From IMG/VR virus record IMGVR_UViG_3300020185_004844: a DNA stretch of 64,000 nt; one strand, written 5' to 3'. Each line of letters begins with the position of its first letter. The first letter of the stretch is position 1. The notes under the pieces were generated by a model. It saw only the letters and a program-made list of their open reading frames with translations, was not told where the DNA came from and did not search any database. This DNA comes from an uncultured virus (IMG/VR IMGVR_UViG_3300020185_004844) (lineage: Duplodnaviria > Heunggongvirae > Uroviricota > Caudoviricetes). This document shows, piece by piece, positions 47,333 through 56,659 of this stretch. Both the position numbers and the translations under genes were made by a program.

Positions 47333-47939
47333 ATTTCAATATTTATCTAAATTACCAAATCCCATTGTCTTTGATAAGCTTGGCGCATTCGCTTATATAC
47401 CTATAAATAAAGCAGCTCAAACTAGCATAACAAGAAACATACTAAGAGATAGAGCCATTGTAAAGAAAGATGATAAAGATTTATGGCTTTCTTATTCTGA
47501 ACAATATTTAAACGATAAAGAATGGCAGAGATTAAATACTTTCGCCATATGCAGGCACCCCTTAGATAAATTCGTCTCAGCTTATTTTTATCTTACTAAA
47601 AAAAATCGAATAGACCCATGTTCTGACATAAATGATTTCGTTGCTAAAAATTTAACAAAAAAATCGAACCCAAACAAAATAGATTTACATTTTCAGCTTC
47701 AATGGAATGCTTTTTACTTTAAAAACAACCTTCTTGTTGATCACTTAATTAGGCTAGAAAACATTAGCTACGAACTACCTAAAATTTTGTCTGCATTTGG
47801 GTTTAATACTGATATACCTCATAAAAATCAAGGTGCCAATAAGGATAAAAATCAAATTTTAAACAAAGAATCTCTCGATATATTAGAGAGTGTCTATTCG
47901 AATGACTTAAAATTTCTTAATTATAAAAAATGGTCATGA
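47325..47939 (+). CDS. Carbohydrate sulfotransferase (Sulfotransfer_2 family)
   Basis: YIPINKAAQTSI, RHPLDKFVSAY, HFQLQ, IRLEN, YSNDLKFLNY. Confidence 0.82.
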   Translation: MDKFQYLSKLPNPIVFDKLGAFAYIPINKAAQTSITRNILRDRAIVKKDDKDLWLSYSEQYLNDKEWQRLNTFAICRHPLDKFVSAYFYLTKKNRIDPCSDINDFVAKNLTKKSNPNKIDLHFQLQWNAFYFKNNLLVDHLIRLENISYELPKILSAFGFNTDIPHKNQGANKDKNQILNKESLDILESVYSNDLKFLNYKKWS

Positions 47940-48727
47940 AGCCCAAGATAATAGATGCCTTCATGTTTAATAATGAGCTTGATGTGCTTAATTTCAGGCT
48001 ACATGAATTAAACGATCATGTAGATAAGTTTGTTATATATGAAAACTCATGGACTTTTAGCGGCAACAAAAAACCATTGCACTTCGAAGAAAACAAAAAA
48101 AGGTTTTCTCAATTTTCCGACAAGATAGTTCATATAAAAAGCAACACTCGAGGGAAAGATAACTGGAAGAGAGAGTATGCCCAAAGATATGAGGTCTTAT
48201 CTAAAGGTGTGGCCTCTCTTAACTTGAATGATAAAGACATTGTTTCATTTTGTGATTTAGACGAAATTATTGATCCTAGATTAATCTTAAATTACAAAGA
48301 AGAGTTGCCTCAAGATGCCCCACTTTTAGTTTGCCCTCATTGGTTTAATGTATCATGGGATTGTTATCTCGGAGCTTGGGATCATTATAGTATTATATTT
48401 TCCTATTGGGGTGAGCTTAAAAAAAGAATGAACCGATGGAAAGGTATGCAATGTGGCTGGCGCTGGGACCATCCTAAATTCCCTCAACCAATCAAAAGAG
48501 AAGAATTATCTGGGTGGCATGCATCTTGGTTTATGAAGCCTGAAGATTTAATCGTTAAACTACAAAGCTTTGCTCATAACGGAGAAGAATGGGTTGACGA
48601 ATTATTACAAAACATTGATCTCGTCAAGGATAGGATTGAATCAGGTTTTGATATTCAAGGCAAAAAGAAATCAAAAAACTTTAATGAAGGCCATCCAGTC
48701 TACAAAGACTATATTACCTATGACTAA
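47936..48727 (+). CDS. GT17-like beta-1,4-N-acetylglucosaminyltransferase
   Basis: FNNELDVL.FRLHEL...VDKFVIYE...TFSG..KPL, W.RE..QR, DLDEI, GWHASW, KLQSFAH. Confidence 0.85.
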   Translation: MKPKIIDAFMFNNELDVLNFRLHELNDHVDKFVIYENSWTFSGNKKPLHFEENKKRFSQFSDKIVHIKSNTRGKDNWKREYAQRYEVLSKGVASLNLNDKDIVSFCDLDEIIDPRLILNYKEELPQDAPLLVCPHWFNVSWDCYLGAWDHYSIIFSYWGELKKRMNRWKGMQCGWRWDHPKFPQPIKREELSGWHASWFMKPEDLIVKLQSFAHNGEEWVDELLQNIDLVKDRIESGFDIQGKKKSKNFNEGHPVYKDYITYD

Positions 48728-49349
48728 TTTAAAATTAATTTCTGTAATTAGTTCGGGCGATAATAAATACAAACCTATTCATGATAATTTTTGCGCTAAT
48801 ATATCATCTTTTGATTCAATCATTTCTAAGGTTGAGGTTATAAATATTGACGTAAAATCTGGTGACTGGCAAAGTCAAGGTTTTCTTGATACTGTATATA
48901 AAAAATTAGACTATACCCACCAACTACTAAAGCAAGGCCATACTGTTTTTTGTACGGACTTGGATATCTTTTATCTGGAAGACCCAATAGAATATATGTG
49001 TGAGCTGCTTAATGATTTTGATATCGTGGGGCAAAATGATTTTGACAGACTTTGCACGGGCTTTTATATGGTTAAGTCCTCTGATTTAACGATAGATCTT
49101 TTTGATACAAGCGAGAAACTCGTCTTGGACGGCGAGCAAGGCGACCAAAACTATATTCACACTAAATTACAATTAGATAAATATTCTGACTTAAAGACTC
49201 ATAAACTTAATCGAGACGACTTCCCCAATGGCTATCGATGGTATAAATGGCATAAAAAATTAAATCCATCCATTATTCATTACAATAGTATAGACTCTAT
49301 AGAAGGAAAGATGGATAAAATGAAACAATTTAACCACTGGTTAGTATGA
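48720..49349 (+). CDS. Nucleotide-diphospho-sugar transferase (GT77-like)
   Basis: TDLDIFYLEDP, LCTGFY, GDQ, FPNG, IHYN...K; start placed at ATG 48720. Confidence 0.75.
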   Translation: MTNLKLISVISSGDNKYKPIHDNFCANISSFDSIISKVEVINIDVKSGDWQSQGFLDTVYKKLDYTHQLLKQGHTVFCTDLDIFYLEDPIEYMCELLNDFDIVGQNDFDRLCTGFYMVKSSDLTIDLFDTSEKLVLDGEQGDQNYIHTKLQLDKYSDLKTHKLNRDDFPNGYRWYKWHKKLNPSIIHYNSIDSIEGKMDKMKQFNHWLV

Positions 49350-49996
49350 AAAAAATTTTTAAAGTTTTTGTGTGTTGTCATAAATATATCCACAGAGTTG
49401 AAGACATAAAAGCTCGTGTCAACAAATGGAAGCTTGGTGATTACTTAATTTTTGTCGGTGGTGAAGAAGAGAAACAGCTAGAAGAAAATGTAATTCAATT
49501 AAAGTGCCGCGACTTGTACGAAGATCTGCCAGAAAAAATGTTTGCTATATATAAGTATTTGGCCGCCAATAATTATACAGGCCAGTATGACTATTTCTGG
49601 AAGATAGATGATGATGTTGATTTCATGCGCTGGAATGAAGGACGTGAGCAGGGGCTGATAGATTCATTAGAGGGTCTTGATTATGCAGGATTCAAACCAA
49701 TGCAAAAGGAAGGCAAGCGGGGCTGGCACATAGGAAGAGTTGCAGAAGATTCTCCTTGGCACAACAAAAGATACAATGGTGAATATGTAGACTGGATTGA
49801 CGGAGGCACAACTTATTTGCTTAGTTCTCGGTCTTTGAATAAATTTAAAAATCTTAACAATCTTTCGGAAGTTAGACATCACGATATTTATGAAGATCTT
49901 GCTGTAGCGAAGCATTTAGAAAAATCGGGCATACTACCAATGCAAATTAACCCATGGCAAGATAAGCCTGTACTAAAATTTAATATTAATAAATGA
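49346..49996 (+). CDS. GT31-like galactosyltransferase/fringe-type enzyme
   Basis: DLYEDLPEK, KIDDD, GGTTYLLS, EDLAV. Confidence 0.75.
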   Translation: MKKIFKVFVCCHKYIHRVEDIKARVNKWKLGDYLIFVGGEEEKQLEENVIQLKCRDLYEDLPEKMFAIYKYLAANNYTGQYDYFWKIDDDVDFMRWNEGREQGLIDSLEGLDYAGFKPMQKEGKRGWHIGRVAEDSPWHNKRYNGEYVDWIDGGTTYLLSSRSLNKFKNLNNLSEVRHHDIYEDLAVAKHLEKSGILPMQINPWQDKPVLKFNINK

Positions 49997-50760
49997 AAGT
50001 CTTCAACGAAAGCGAGGAGGGTTTGTTTGGCTCATCCTTAAACTGGATTAATTCAAGATTGCCTTATTTATATGAAAATAAGATATACCCTCATTGGGAT
50101 ATTAGAAACGTAAACCATGGAAACCCTTCAGACCAAGATAGGATTACCCCTCATATTATCAAACCAAAAAAACAAACAACAAATTCAGATACAAGAGTAG
50201 ATCTACTAAGTATAGAAAGATACCAGTATACCAATTTCAAAGAGGCAAACTTTTATTTCAATGAGTATTTTGAATTTTGCCCAAGCATTACAGATCAACT
50301 TGATATAGATTTTATACCAGAAAAATGCTTAGGTATTCATTTTCGAGGTACAGATAAATTAACCGAAAATAAAGATTGCAAGATTATTAATTTGACTGCT
50401 TTTTTATTAAAATTAGAATCTTTCCTGAAGGATCGTTGCTTTGAGTCAGTTTTTGTTATATCAGATGAGGTAGATAGCAAACAAACGATCATAAGCTTTG
50501 TTAAAAATTTAGGGGTTACAGTTTTGTCAACCCATTTACTTCCACATTTCCATAAGACCTTAGCTTCTAATCCCGATAAGCTCTCTATTACGAAAAACTC
50601 TATCCTAGAAATGCTACTTCTATCAAAGTGTGGATGTGTTGTAAAATCTCACTCTGCCTTTTCTAGTTGGGCGAAGATAATTAACCCTAGTCTTGAAATG
50701 TATCGGGTTAATAAGTGCAAGAATAATTGGTTTCCTGACTACTACTTGCCTGAGTTTTAA
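49993..50760 (+). CDS. Fucosyltransferase-like GT-B protein
   Basis: LGIHFRGTDK, FVISD, EMLLLSKC, SAFS. Confidence 0.72.
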   Translation: MKVFNESEEGLFGSSLNWINSRLPYLYENKIYPHWDIRNVNHGNPSDQDRITPHIIKPKKQTTNSDTRVDLLSIERYQYTNFKEANFYFNEYFEFCPSITDQLDIDFIPEKCLGIHFRGTDKLTENKDCKIINLTAFLLKLESFLKDRCFESVFVISDEVDSKQTIISFVKNLGVTVLSTHLLPHFHKTLASNPDKLSITKNSILEMLLLSKCGCVVKSHSAFSSWAKIINPSLEMYRVNKCKNNWFPDYYLPEF

Positions 50761-51465
50761 ATGAAAGCTATTTGTTTTACTTTTGATCGAAACATGCCGA
50801 TCATGGAGTATGTCCTGCACACATATTTTAAATGCTGGCCTGGTAATCCTTTCGTTTTTTACGTTCCGTGGAACAAAATCAAGCCCAACAATTTAGTAGA
50901 TAAATACGGCGCTGACAAAATCAAACTATTGCAGACTGACAGCGCGGTCAAGCCAACCATCCGGACTTTGCTTTCTGTTGTTAATCCTGACGAATTTGTA
51001 TGGTGGGCGCAAGATGACAAATACATATTGGGTTTTAAAAACAAACAAATAATAAAGGACCTCTATCAATTCAACGCTCCAAACATTGGTGGCTTCATGT
51101 TTACGAAAAACGCGGACGCCCACAAAAGCTACTTAAAAAGCACAATAAACATCGGCGGCCATAATTTAATCAAAAAGAAAAATCACCATCAGATATTTCA
51201 ACCTCAACTAATTAAGAAAGAAGTGGTTGAATACTTATACTTAAACGATAGGCTAGAAGAGCACTACGAATTATTAAAGCTCTATCCAATCATGGATTTT
51301 AAGCCAATCAAAGATTTGTACACTACTAGCAGCAACCAGATTGATATAGCTGAATCTCTAGATTGCGGCAAAATGACTAAGAATTTAGTGTATAATATGA
51401 CTGAGGACGGCTTCAAGATCCCAGAACTACCTCGATGTGAAAAAACAATGATATATAAGTATTAA
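50761..51465 (+). CDS. Putative GT-A glycosyltransferase-like protein
   Basis: EFVWWAQDDKY (DXD-like); island context. Confidence 0.45.
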   Translation: MKAICFTFDRNMPIMEYVLHTYFKCWPGNPFVFYVPWNKIKPNNLVDKYGADKIKLLQTDSAVKPTIRTLLSVVNPDEFVWWAQDDKYILGFKNKQIIKDLYQFNAPNIGGFMFTKNADAHKSYLKSTINIGGHNLIKKKNHHQIFQPQLIKKEVVEYLYLNDRLEEHYELLKLYPIMDFKPIKDLYTTSSNQIDIAESLDCGKMTKNLVYNMTEDGFKIPELPRCEKTMIYKY

Positions 51466-51467
51466 AA

Positions 51468-52010
51468 ATGAGCTTAGGAAATAAAGGAACTTTACAATTT
51501 ATTAAAGACGGTGCGGTTTGTGTGGAAGTTGGAGTATGGAAAGGCGATTTGTCTAGGCATATTGCTCAATTACCTATTTCCCAACTTTACTTAATTGACC
51601 CTTGGCAAAGTATCAATGATGTAGAAGGGCGTCTCCACAATACTGAGCAAAAAGAACTGGATGATATTTACAATACAGTAAAAAGAAGGTTTTTCTTTAA
51701 CAAAAAGGTGAAATTAATACGAAAATTTTCTGCTGACGCAATGTCTGACATTAAAGATGGCACTGTTGATTGGATTTATATTGATGGCAATCACAGCTAT
51801 GAATTCGTAAAAGAAGATCTTAATGGCTGGTGGCCAAAACTTAAAAGTGGCGGGTTTTTATGCGGCGACGATTACATTGATGGAAAATATCAAGTCGAAG
51901 AGTTGCAGTTCGGAATCGTTCAAGCGGTTGATGAGTTTAGAGAAGAGCGCGAGCATGAAATCAATCATTCAGAATTAATTAAGGATCAATTCGTTTTCCA
52001 AAAAAAGTGA
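51468..52010 (+). CDS. Class I SAM-dependent methyltransferase (Methyltransf_24-like)
   Basis: EVGVWKG, LIDPW, DWIYIDGNHSYE, LKSGGFLCGDDY. Confidence 0.9.
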   Translation: MSLGNKGTLQFIKDGAVCVEVGVWKGDLSRHIAQLPISQLYLIDPWQSINDVEGRLHNTEQKELDDIYNTVKRRFFFNKKVKLIRKFSADAMSDIKDGTVDWIYIDGNHSYEFVKEDLNGWWPKLKSGGFLCGDDYIDGKYQVEELQFGIVQAVDEFREEREHEINHSELIKDQFVFQKK

Positions 52011-52594
52011 TTTCTCATTCCTTGCGGTGCATTTTTGTACACATCCCGAAATGTGCTGGCAGCTCAATAAACCAGCAATTAAAACTGGAATCATTAGGTT
52101 TTTCTGGGCATGCACCAGCATCCTATCATTCTGAACATAAAGATTATTTTTCTTTTACTTTTGTAAGAAACCCATACGCTAGAGCAGCTTCTGCATATAA
52201 ATATTTTCAGAAATTAAAACAAGGTCATCGTTGGTACAAAAGAAATAGCATCATATCGGATGCTGCCAACGAAATGGGTTTTAATGAATTTGTAAATCAT
52301 ATACCTGATTTTATGAAGTTGATGAAAAGACAAGAAGGTTCTTTTGAGTCTGGTATTCATTTTAAACCCTATGATTATTTTCTCGACTCAAATATTGATT
52401 TTCTTGGTAAATTTGAAAACATCCAAGAAGATTATGCATTCATCTTGGCAAAGCTTAAATTGCCCAGAGCTAATCTTCGTAAAGTCAACTCAACAAATAA
52501 TTTAAATTATCGACAACTATATATAGAAGATAGTAGGAGTACTGTGTATAATATATATCAAGAAGATATAAAAAAATATAATTATAAATTTTAA
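52007..52594 (+). CDS. Carbohydrate sulfotransferase (Sulfotransfer_2 family)
   Basis: CIFVHIPKCAGSSI, FVRNPYARAASAY, LGKFENI, EDIKKYNYKF. Confidence 0.88.
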   Translation: MISHSLRCIFVHIPKCAGSSINQQLKLESLGFSGHAPASYHSEHKDYFSFTFVRNPYARAASAYKYFQKLKQGHRWYKRNSIISDAANEMGFNEFVNHIPDFMKLMKRQEGSFESGIHFKPYDYFLDSNIDFLGKFENIQEDYAFILAKLKLPRANLRKVNSTNNLNYRQLYIEDSRSTVYNIYQEDIKKYNYKF

Positions 52595-52599
52595 ATATT

Positions 52600-53178
52600 A
52601 TGGATCAACAGTCACCAATACCTTATCAATTTGAGTTAGATGACTCAAGACTTTCTTTACTGGAGAAGATAAAACCAGAGTACAAGTGCGCTGAAATTGG
52701 TACCTTCAAGGGTGATTTCGCTGAATTTATATTAAAAATGGAGCCATCCACACTTCACTTGATAGACCCATGGGTTAGTATTATGGATATACCCGCAAGA
52801 TGGCATGCCATTCCCCAGTCTGAAATGGACGAGATTAAGCAAAGTGTTAATGACAGATTTTCTGTCGATGCTAGAGTCGATATTATTGAAAAATATTCTA
52901 CAGATGCTCTTGATGATTTTGAAGATAATTCGCTAGACTGGATATACCTAGATGCAAATCACTCTTATTCTTTCATACAGCAAGACCTGGAAAACTGGTG
53001 GTATAAATTAAAGCCTGGGGGATATTTATGTGGAAACGCATATCAAGATGATGAGGCGCAAATAAGACTACTAGACTTTGGTATTATTCCGGCAGTAGAT
53101 TCATTTCTTGAAGGAAATTTTGACGAAATAGCTAATTTCGAAACTTTTAAATATCAATATCTATTAACAAAAAAATGA
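52600..53178 (+). CDS. Class I SAM-dependent methyltransferase (Methyltransf_24-like)
   Basis: EIGTFKG, LIDPW, DWIYLDANHSY, LKPGGYLCG. Confidence 0.9.
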   Translation: MDQQSPIPYQFELDDSRLSLLEKIKPEYKCAEIGTFKGDFAEFILKMEPSTLHLIDPWVSIMDIPARWHAIPQSEMDEIKQSVNDRFSVDARVDIIEKYSTDALDDFEDNSLDWIYLDANHSYSFIQQDLENWWYKLKPGGYLCGNAYQDDEAQIRLLDFGIIPAVDSFLEGNFDEIANFETFKYQYLLTKK

Positions 53179-54167
53179 AAATATTAGTTGGAGGAGCAGG
53201 CGGCTTTATTGCCGGTTATTTAGTTAAAGATTTATTAGCTCAAGGCCATGAAGTTGTTGCTGCCGATATTAAACCCGCAGATATGTGGTATCAGACATTT
53301 GATGCCGCCGAAAATCATGCTGATTGCAATCTGCAGGAGAAGAGTCACTGTCACAAACTAAGCGAAGGGGTTGATCGAATTTATAATCTTGCCTGTAATA
53401 TGGGTGGTATGGGTTTTGTTGAAAATAATCAAGCTCTTTGCATGGAGAATGTTTTGATTCAAGCCCACATGATGATGGCGGCACGAGACAATGGTGTAAA
53501 GGAAATTCTTTATAGTTCTACAGCTTGTGTTTATCCGGCCGCTATTCAGTCTGATATTAAAGATCAATCGTCTCAAGCCCTCAAAGAGTCTGATGTGTTT
53601 CCAGCAAATCCAGATGATGGGTATGGTTGGGAAAAATTATTCAGCGAGCTTATTACTCATTATTACGGAAAAGATTTTGATATCGACTCTCGTACCTGCC
53701 GTTACCATAATGTTTACGGACCATTCGGAACATGGAGAGGTGGTCGCGAAAAAGCACCCGCCGCAATCTGTCGGAAAGTTATAGAAGCTAAAATGAGCGG
53801 CAAGCATGAAATTGAGATCTGGGGCGACGGCGAACAGACTCGCTCTTTTATGTTCATTGATGACTGCATGACTGGTATGGAGCTGATGTGGCAGAAAGGC
53901 GACTCCCGCCCACTTAACCTTGGAAGTGATCGCATGGTATCAATCAACCAGCTCGTCGATATTGTCGAGGGGATTGGAGGGGTTAAATTAAAACGTAACT
54001 ACAATCTAGATGCCCCTCAAGGAGTTCGTGGTCGAAACAGCGACAATACCATGATCAAAGAAGTTCTTGGGTGGGCGCCATCCATCACACTTGAAGACGG
54101 TCTCGAGAAAACTTATTCTTGGATTTATGATCAAATGCAAAATTGTGGCGAGTCTGAAGGGTATTAA
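53175..54167 (+). CDS. GDP-mannose 3,5-epimerase (GME-like)
   Basis: GAGGFI, LACNMGGMGF, SSTACVYP, YGWEKL, GGREKAPAAICRK, WGDGEQTRSF, GVRGRNSDN are GME signatures. Confidence 0.88.
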   Translation: MKILVGGAGGFIAGYLVKDLLAQGHEVVAADIKPADMWYQTFDAAENHADCNLQEKSHCHKLSEGVDRIYNLACNMGGMGFVENNQALCMENVLIQAHMMMAARDNGVKEILYSSTACVYPAAIQSDIKDQSSQALKESDVFPANPDDGYGWEKLFSELITHYYGKDFDIDSRTCRYHNVYGPFGTWRGGREKAPAAICRKVIEAKMSGKHEIEIWGDGEQTRSFMFIDDCMTGMELMWQKGDSRPLNLGSDRMVSINQLVDIVEGIGGVKLKRNYNLDAPQGVRGRNSDNTMIKEVLGWAPSITLEDGLEKTYSWIYDQMQNCGESEGY

Positions 54168-54181
54168 GTGTAAATATTGTT

Positions 54182-54373
54182 ATGATTGAATTTTATAATG
54201 TCAAAAAAAAAGAGAAGGTTCAAATCTCTGAATCTGATGTAACCAAGCATACCATTGAAAGGACAACGAAGGCCGGCAAGCTTTCGATTAGGTACTGTCT
54301 TAAAGCTGTTGACGATGGCACTAAATTAACTAAATTTTGCAGTAAAGCTGATCACGATAGTATCCCAGACTGA
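54182..54373 (+). CDS. Small basic protein, possibly Cc1/DUF5679-like DNA-binding protein
   Basis: EFYNVKKKEKV...TTKAG...DGTKLTKF; preceded by the GTGTAA motif. Confidence 0.55.
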   Translation: MIEFYNVKKKEKVQISESDVTKHTIERTTKAGKLSIRYCLKAVDDGTKLTKFCSKADHDSIPD

Positions 54374-54807
54374 TGGGTCCTATTTTTAATACAATTCTTG
54401 GGGCCGGCATTAAACTGGCTTGCAACCTAATTAATGCTTGGGTCGAGCAAAAACGTCAAGATCAGATGATGCTTGCCGCTAGAGACCATGAAATGATGCG
54501 AGCAATGCTAGATAATCAAGCCCAGCAAGCCAGCGATCCATTTGTTAAGATTAGTCGACGTATATTATTTATGTCTATCACTTTTACGATGTGTTATCTT
54601 ATGGTTTATTATGCCCATAACCCTGATATTTCTTATGAAATCATTGTTCCAAGGGGTGATGGCTCAAAGTGGGGCTTCTTCAGTTGGGTGTTTGGCGGCA
54701 AAGACTGGGAGGTCGTTAAGCTTACAGGTGGGTTGATGCTTTCTTCTTTTATCGATTTATGTTTTATGATCGTAGGGTTTTATGCAATCCCAAGTAAGAG
54801 AAGATAG
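54373..54807 (+). CDS. Membrane protein, possibly holin-like
   Basis: Amphipathic N-terminus, two hydrophobic segments, basic C-terminus SKRR. Confidence 0.5.
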   Translation: MGPIFNTILGAGIKLACNLINAWVEQKRQDQMMLAARDHEMMRAMLDNQAQQASDPFVKISRRILFMSITFTMCYLMVYYAHNPDISYEIIVPRGDGSKWGFFSWVFGGKDWEVVKLTGGLMLSSFIDLCFMIVGFYAIPSKRR

Positions 54808-54822
54808 TGTATATTATTATGC

Positions 54823-56295
54823 ATGTCCGACACATTACCAAAACTGCTACAAGAAATTCACTCTGTTGAAACCCCCAGCGAACTAAACTCTCGCTTTTCT
54901 GAGTTTCAGTCTCGAATCGCTACAATATTATTCGAGCAACCCTCCGAGGAGAACTACTATGTTAATCATACGGGTAGAGAACTTTTCCGTAAGCTATATA
55001 ATTATGGGCTTGAGCATTTAATTACAGACCCTTATGATTCTGGCTTTCGTCCTATTCTTGAATCGGGTATTCAAGCATTTACTGTCACCGTGAACGGTAA
55101 TAATGGGGTGGAAACCGGAGGGGGGGAGATAAATATCGGGGCAACTATAAATATTACTGCAAGCCCAAATGATCTTTATCAATTTAACTCTTGGACTGTT
55201 GTCGGGCCTGGTCAAATTGGTAGTACCACTTCAGCTAACACAACTTTTACTGTCGGTGCGGGTGATGTAGTTATCACTGCGAATTACAGTATAGTTCCGG
55301 CTCCCTCTCTTTCTGGAAGTTTTACTGATCCTAATGTTTTGTTAACTTCTTCTGTGGTTAGCGGAACCGCAACATATCAATTCCAAAGATCAACTTCATC
55401 CGATTTCTCTTCTGATTTAATCACGGTTCAAAATATATCTTCGAACACCTGCTCAGATTTATTAAATTCCTCAGGAATCTATTATTATCGAGTTAGATCA
55501 GTTAACGGAATTACCCAGACCGCATGGTCGAATACGGAATCTTTTAATGTATCTTTTCCCTACACTCCCTCTGTTACAACAACCAAGGCATGGTATGATG
55601 CAACAAGTGGTGTGCAAGTAAGCGGAACTGATGTAACACAATGGGATGATCTAAGCGGGAATGGATACCACCTCACCCCTCAGGCTAGTGGAAGCACGAC
55701 TGATCACACCTTAGTTGCAGCAGAGCTTAATGGTCTTGATGTAGTTAGACACGATACGGATGACTTCTACTCGGAGAGCATAGGGGGTATATCTGGAGGA
55801 AATGCAATCTTTGCCATGCTTTGTAAAATCAACAGTACGGGATTGAGCGCATTAGATTCCATATTTTCTTTGGCAGGAGCAGTGCCAAATTTTCAGTTAC
55901 AGGCGGGTGCCAACGGAGTATTTCGCGCTCATCTTAGTGGAAGCGGAGACCTAGGGTCCTATAATTCTAACACGACAGACTTTAGTGGTGATTGGCATAT
56001 ATTTGTGTTAAATTTCAATACTTCGAATACAACAGGCAAAGTTCTTGTAGACGGATTGGAACTAGGATCATTTACTTACCCTACCCCGCTAGCGGGAACC
56101 GGATTAAGAATATGGGCAAACCGAGGCAACAACTTCCAGCCGTCTGGAGATATTGCGGAATTTGTTGTGATAGAAGACAGCTCAACTGCTCATCAAGAAA
56201 AGATAGAAGGCTACCTCGCCCACAAGTGGGGTCTAGAATCTAATCTACCAATAAATCATCCATATAAATCCCAGCCTCCTTTAGAATCTTCTTGA
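54823..56295 (+). CDS. Putative virion/surface protein: InlB B-repeat-like, FN3-like and LamG/ConA-like domains
   Basis: G.TINITASP...YQFNSW...TTFTV..GDVVITANY; YYYRVRSVN; AWYDA..VTQWDDLSGNG...GDIAEFVV...IEGYLAHKWGL. Confidence 0.65.
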   Translation: MSDTLPKLLQEIHSVETPSELNSRFSEFQSRIATILFEQPSEENYYVNHTGRELFRKLYNYGLEHLITDPYDSGFRPILESGIQAFTVTVNGNNGVETGGGEINIGATINITASPNDLYQFNSWTVVGPGQIGSTTSANTTFTVGAGDVVITANYSIVPAPSLSGSFTDPNVLLTSSVVSGTATYQFQRSTSSDFSSDLITVQNISSNTCSDLLNSSGIYYYRVRSVNGITQTAWSNTESFNVSFPYTPSVTTTKAWYDATSGVQVSGTDVTQWDDLSGNGYHLTPQASGSTTDHTLVAAELNGLDVVRHDTDDFYSESIGGISGGNAIFAMLCKINSTGLSALDSIFSLAGAVPNFQLQAGANGVFRAHLSGSGDLGSYNSNTTDFSGDWHIFVLNFNTSNTTGKVLVDGLELGSFTYPTPLAGTGLRIWANRGNNFQPSGDIAEFVVIEDSSTAHQEKIEGYLAHKWGLESNLPINHPYKSQPPLESS

Positions 56296-56320
56296 TTTTT
56301 CTTAAAAAGTATGATACTAT
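56292..56320 (+). promoter_or_regulatory. sigma70-like promoter TTGATT-N17-TACTAT (extended TG)
   Basis: TTGATT 56292-56297, TACTAT 56315-56320; in-frame GTG at 56327 lies near the expected +1. Confidence 0.6.
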
Positions 56321-56326
56321 TTGTTA

Positions 56327-56659
56327 GTGACTCATACTGAAAAGAAAAAAGTTATTGAAAAATTACTTAATGTCCCAGATAAACAAAAACGTTTATTCTG
56401 GGGCAGGGAGATGAAGACACTCAATATATTGATTGAGGTTTACCCTGAATCTAAATTCTGGAAAGGCTTGACTTTTCCCCAAAAGCTTGATAGTATGATT
56501 CTGTTCCGTTCTGGGTATTACCAACAAGAGTTAAAAAGAAGGTACAATCTATATAAATACAATATACCTCCAAAAAAAGAGATTAAATTAGGAGAAAAGT
56601 TCGGAGAAGATTTTAATATACCAAAAAAAGTAAAAACATTAAGGGACTTCCTATCATGA
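56327..56659 (+). CDS. Hypothetical protein
   Basis: Basic ORF ATGA-coupled to the recA-like gene; GTG 56327 preferred over TTG 56321. Confidence 0.65.
   Translation: MTHTEKKKVIEKLLNVPDKQKRLFWGREMKTLNILIEVYPESKFWKGLTFPQKLDSMILFRSGYYQQELKRRYNLYKYNIPPKKEIKLGEKFGEDFNIPKKVKTLRDFLS

Noticed and set aside
39442..48719. ORF-track upstream starts at 39442, 40034 and 48570
   Set aside because: They overlap upstream genes extensively; downstream ATGs (39508, 40136, 48720) match family N-termini and the tight gene coupling.
19255..54167. Cellular O-antigen/capsule locus or giant eukaryotic virus origin
   Set aside because: No flippase, polymerase, ABC exporter or NCLDV core genes seen; flanked by lambda-type tail genes, phage sigma and DnaB/DnaG, and shares the GTGTAW motif with them.
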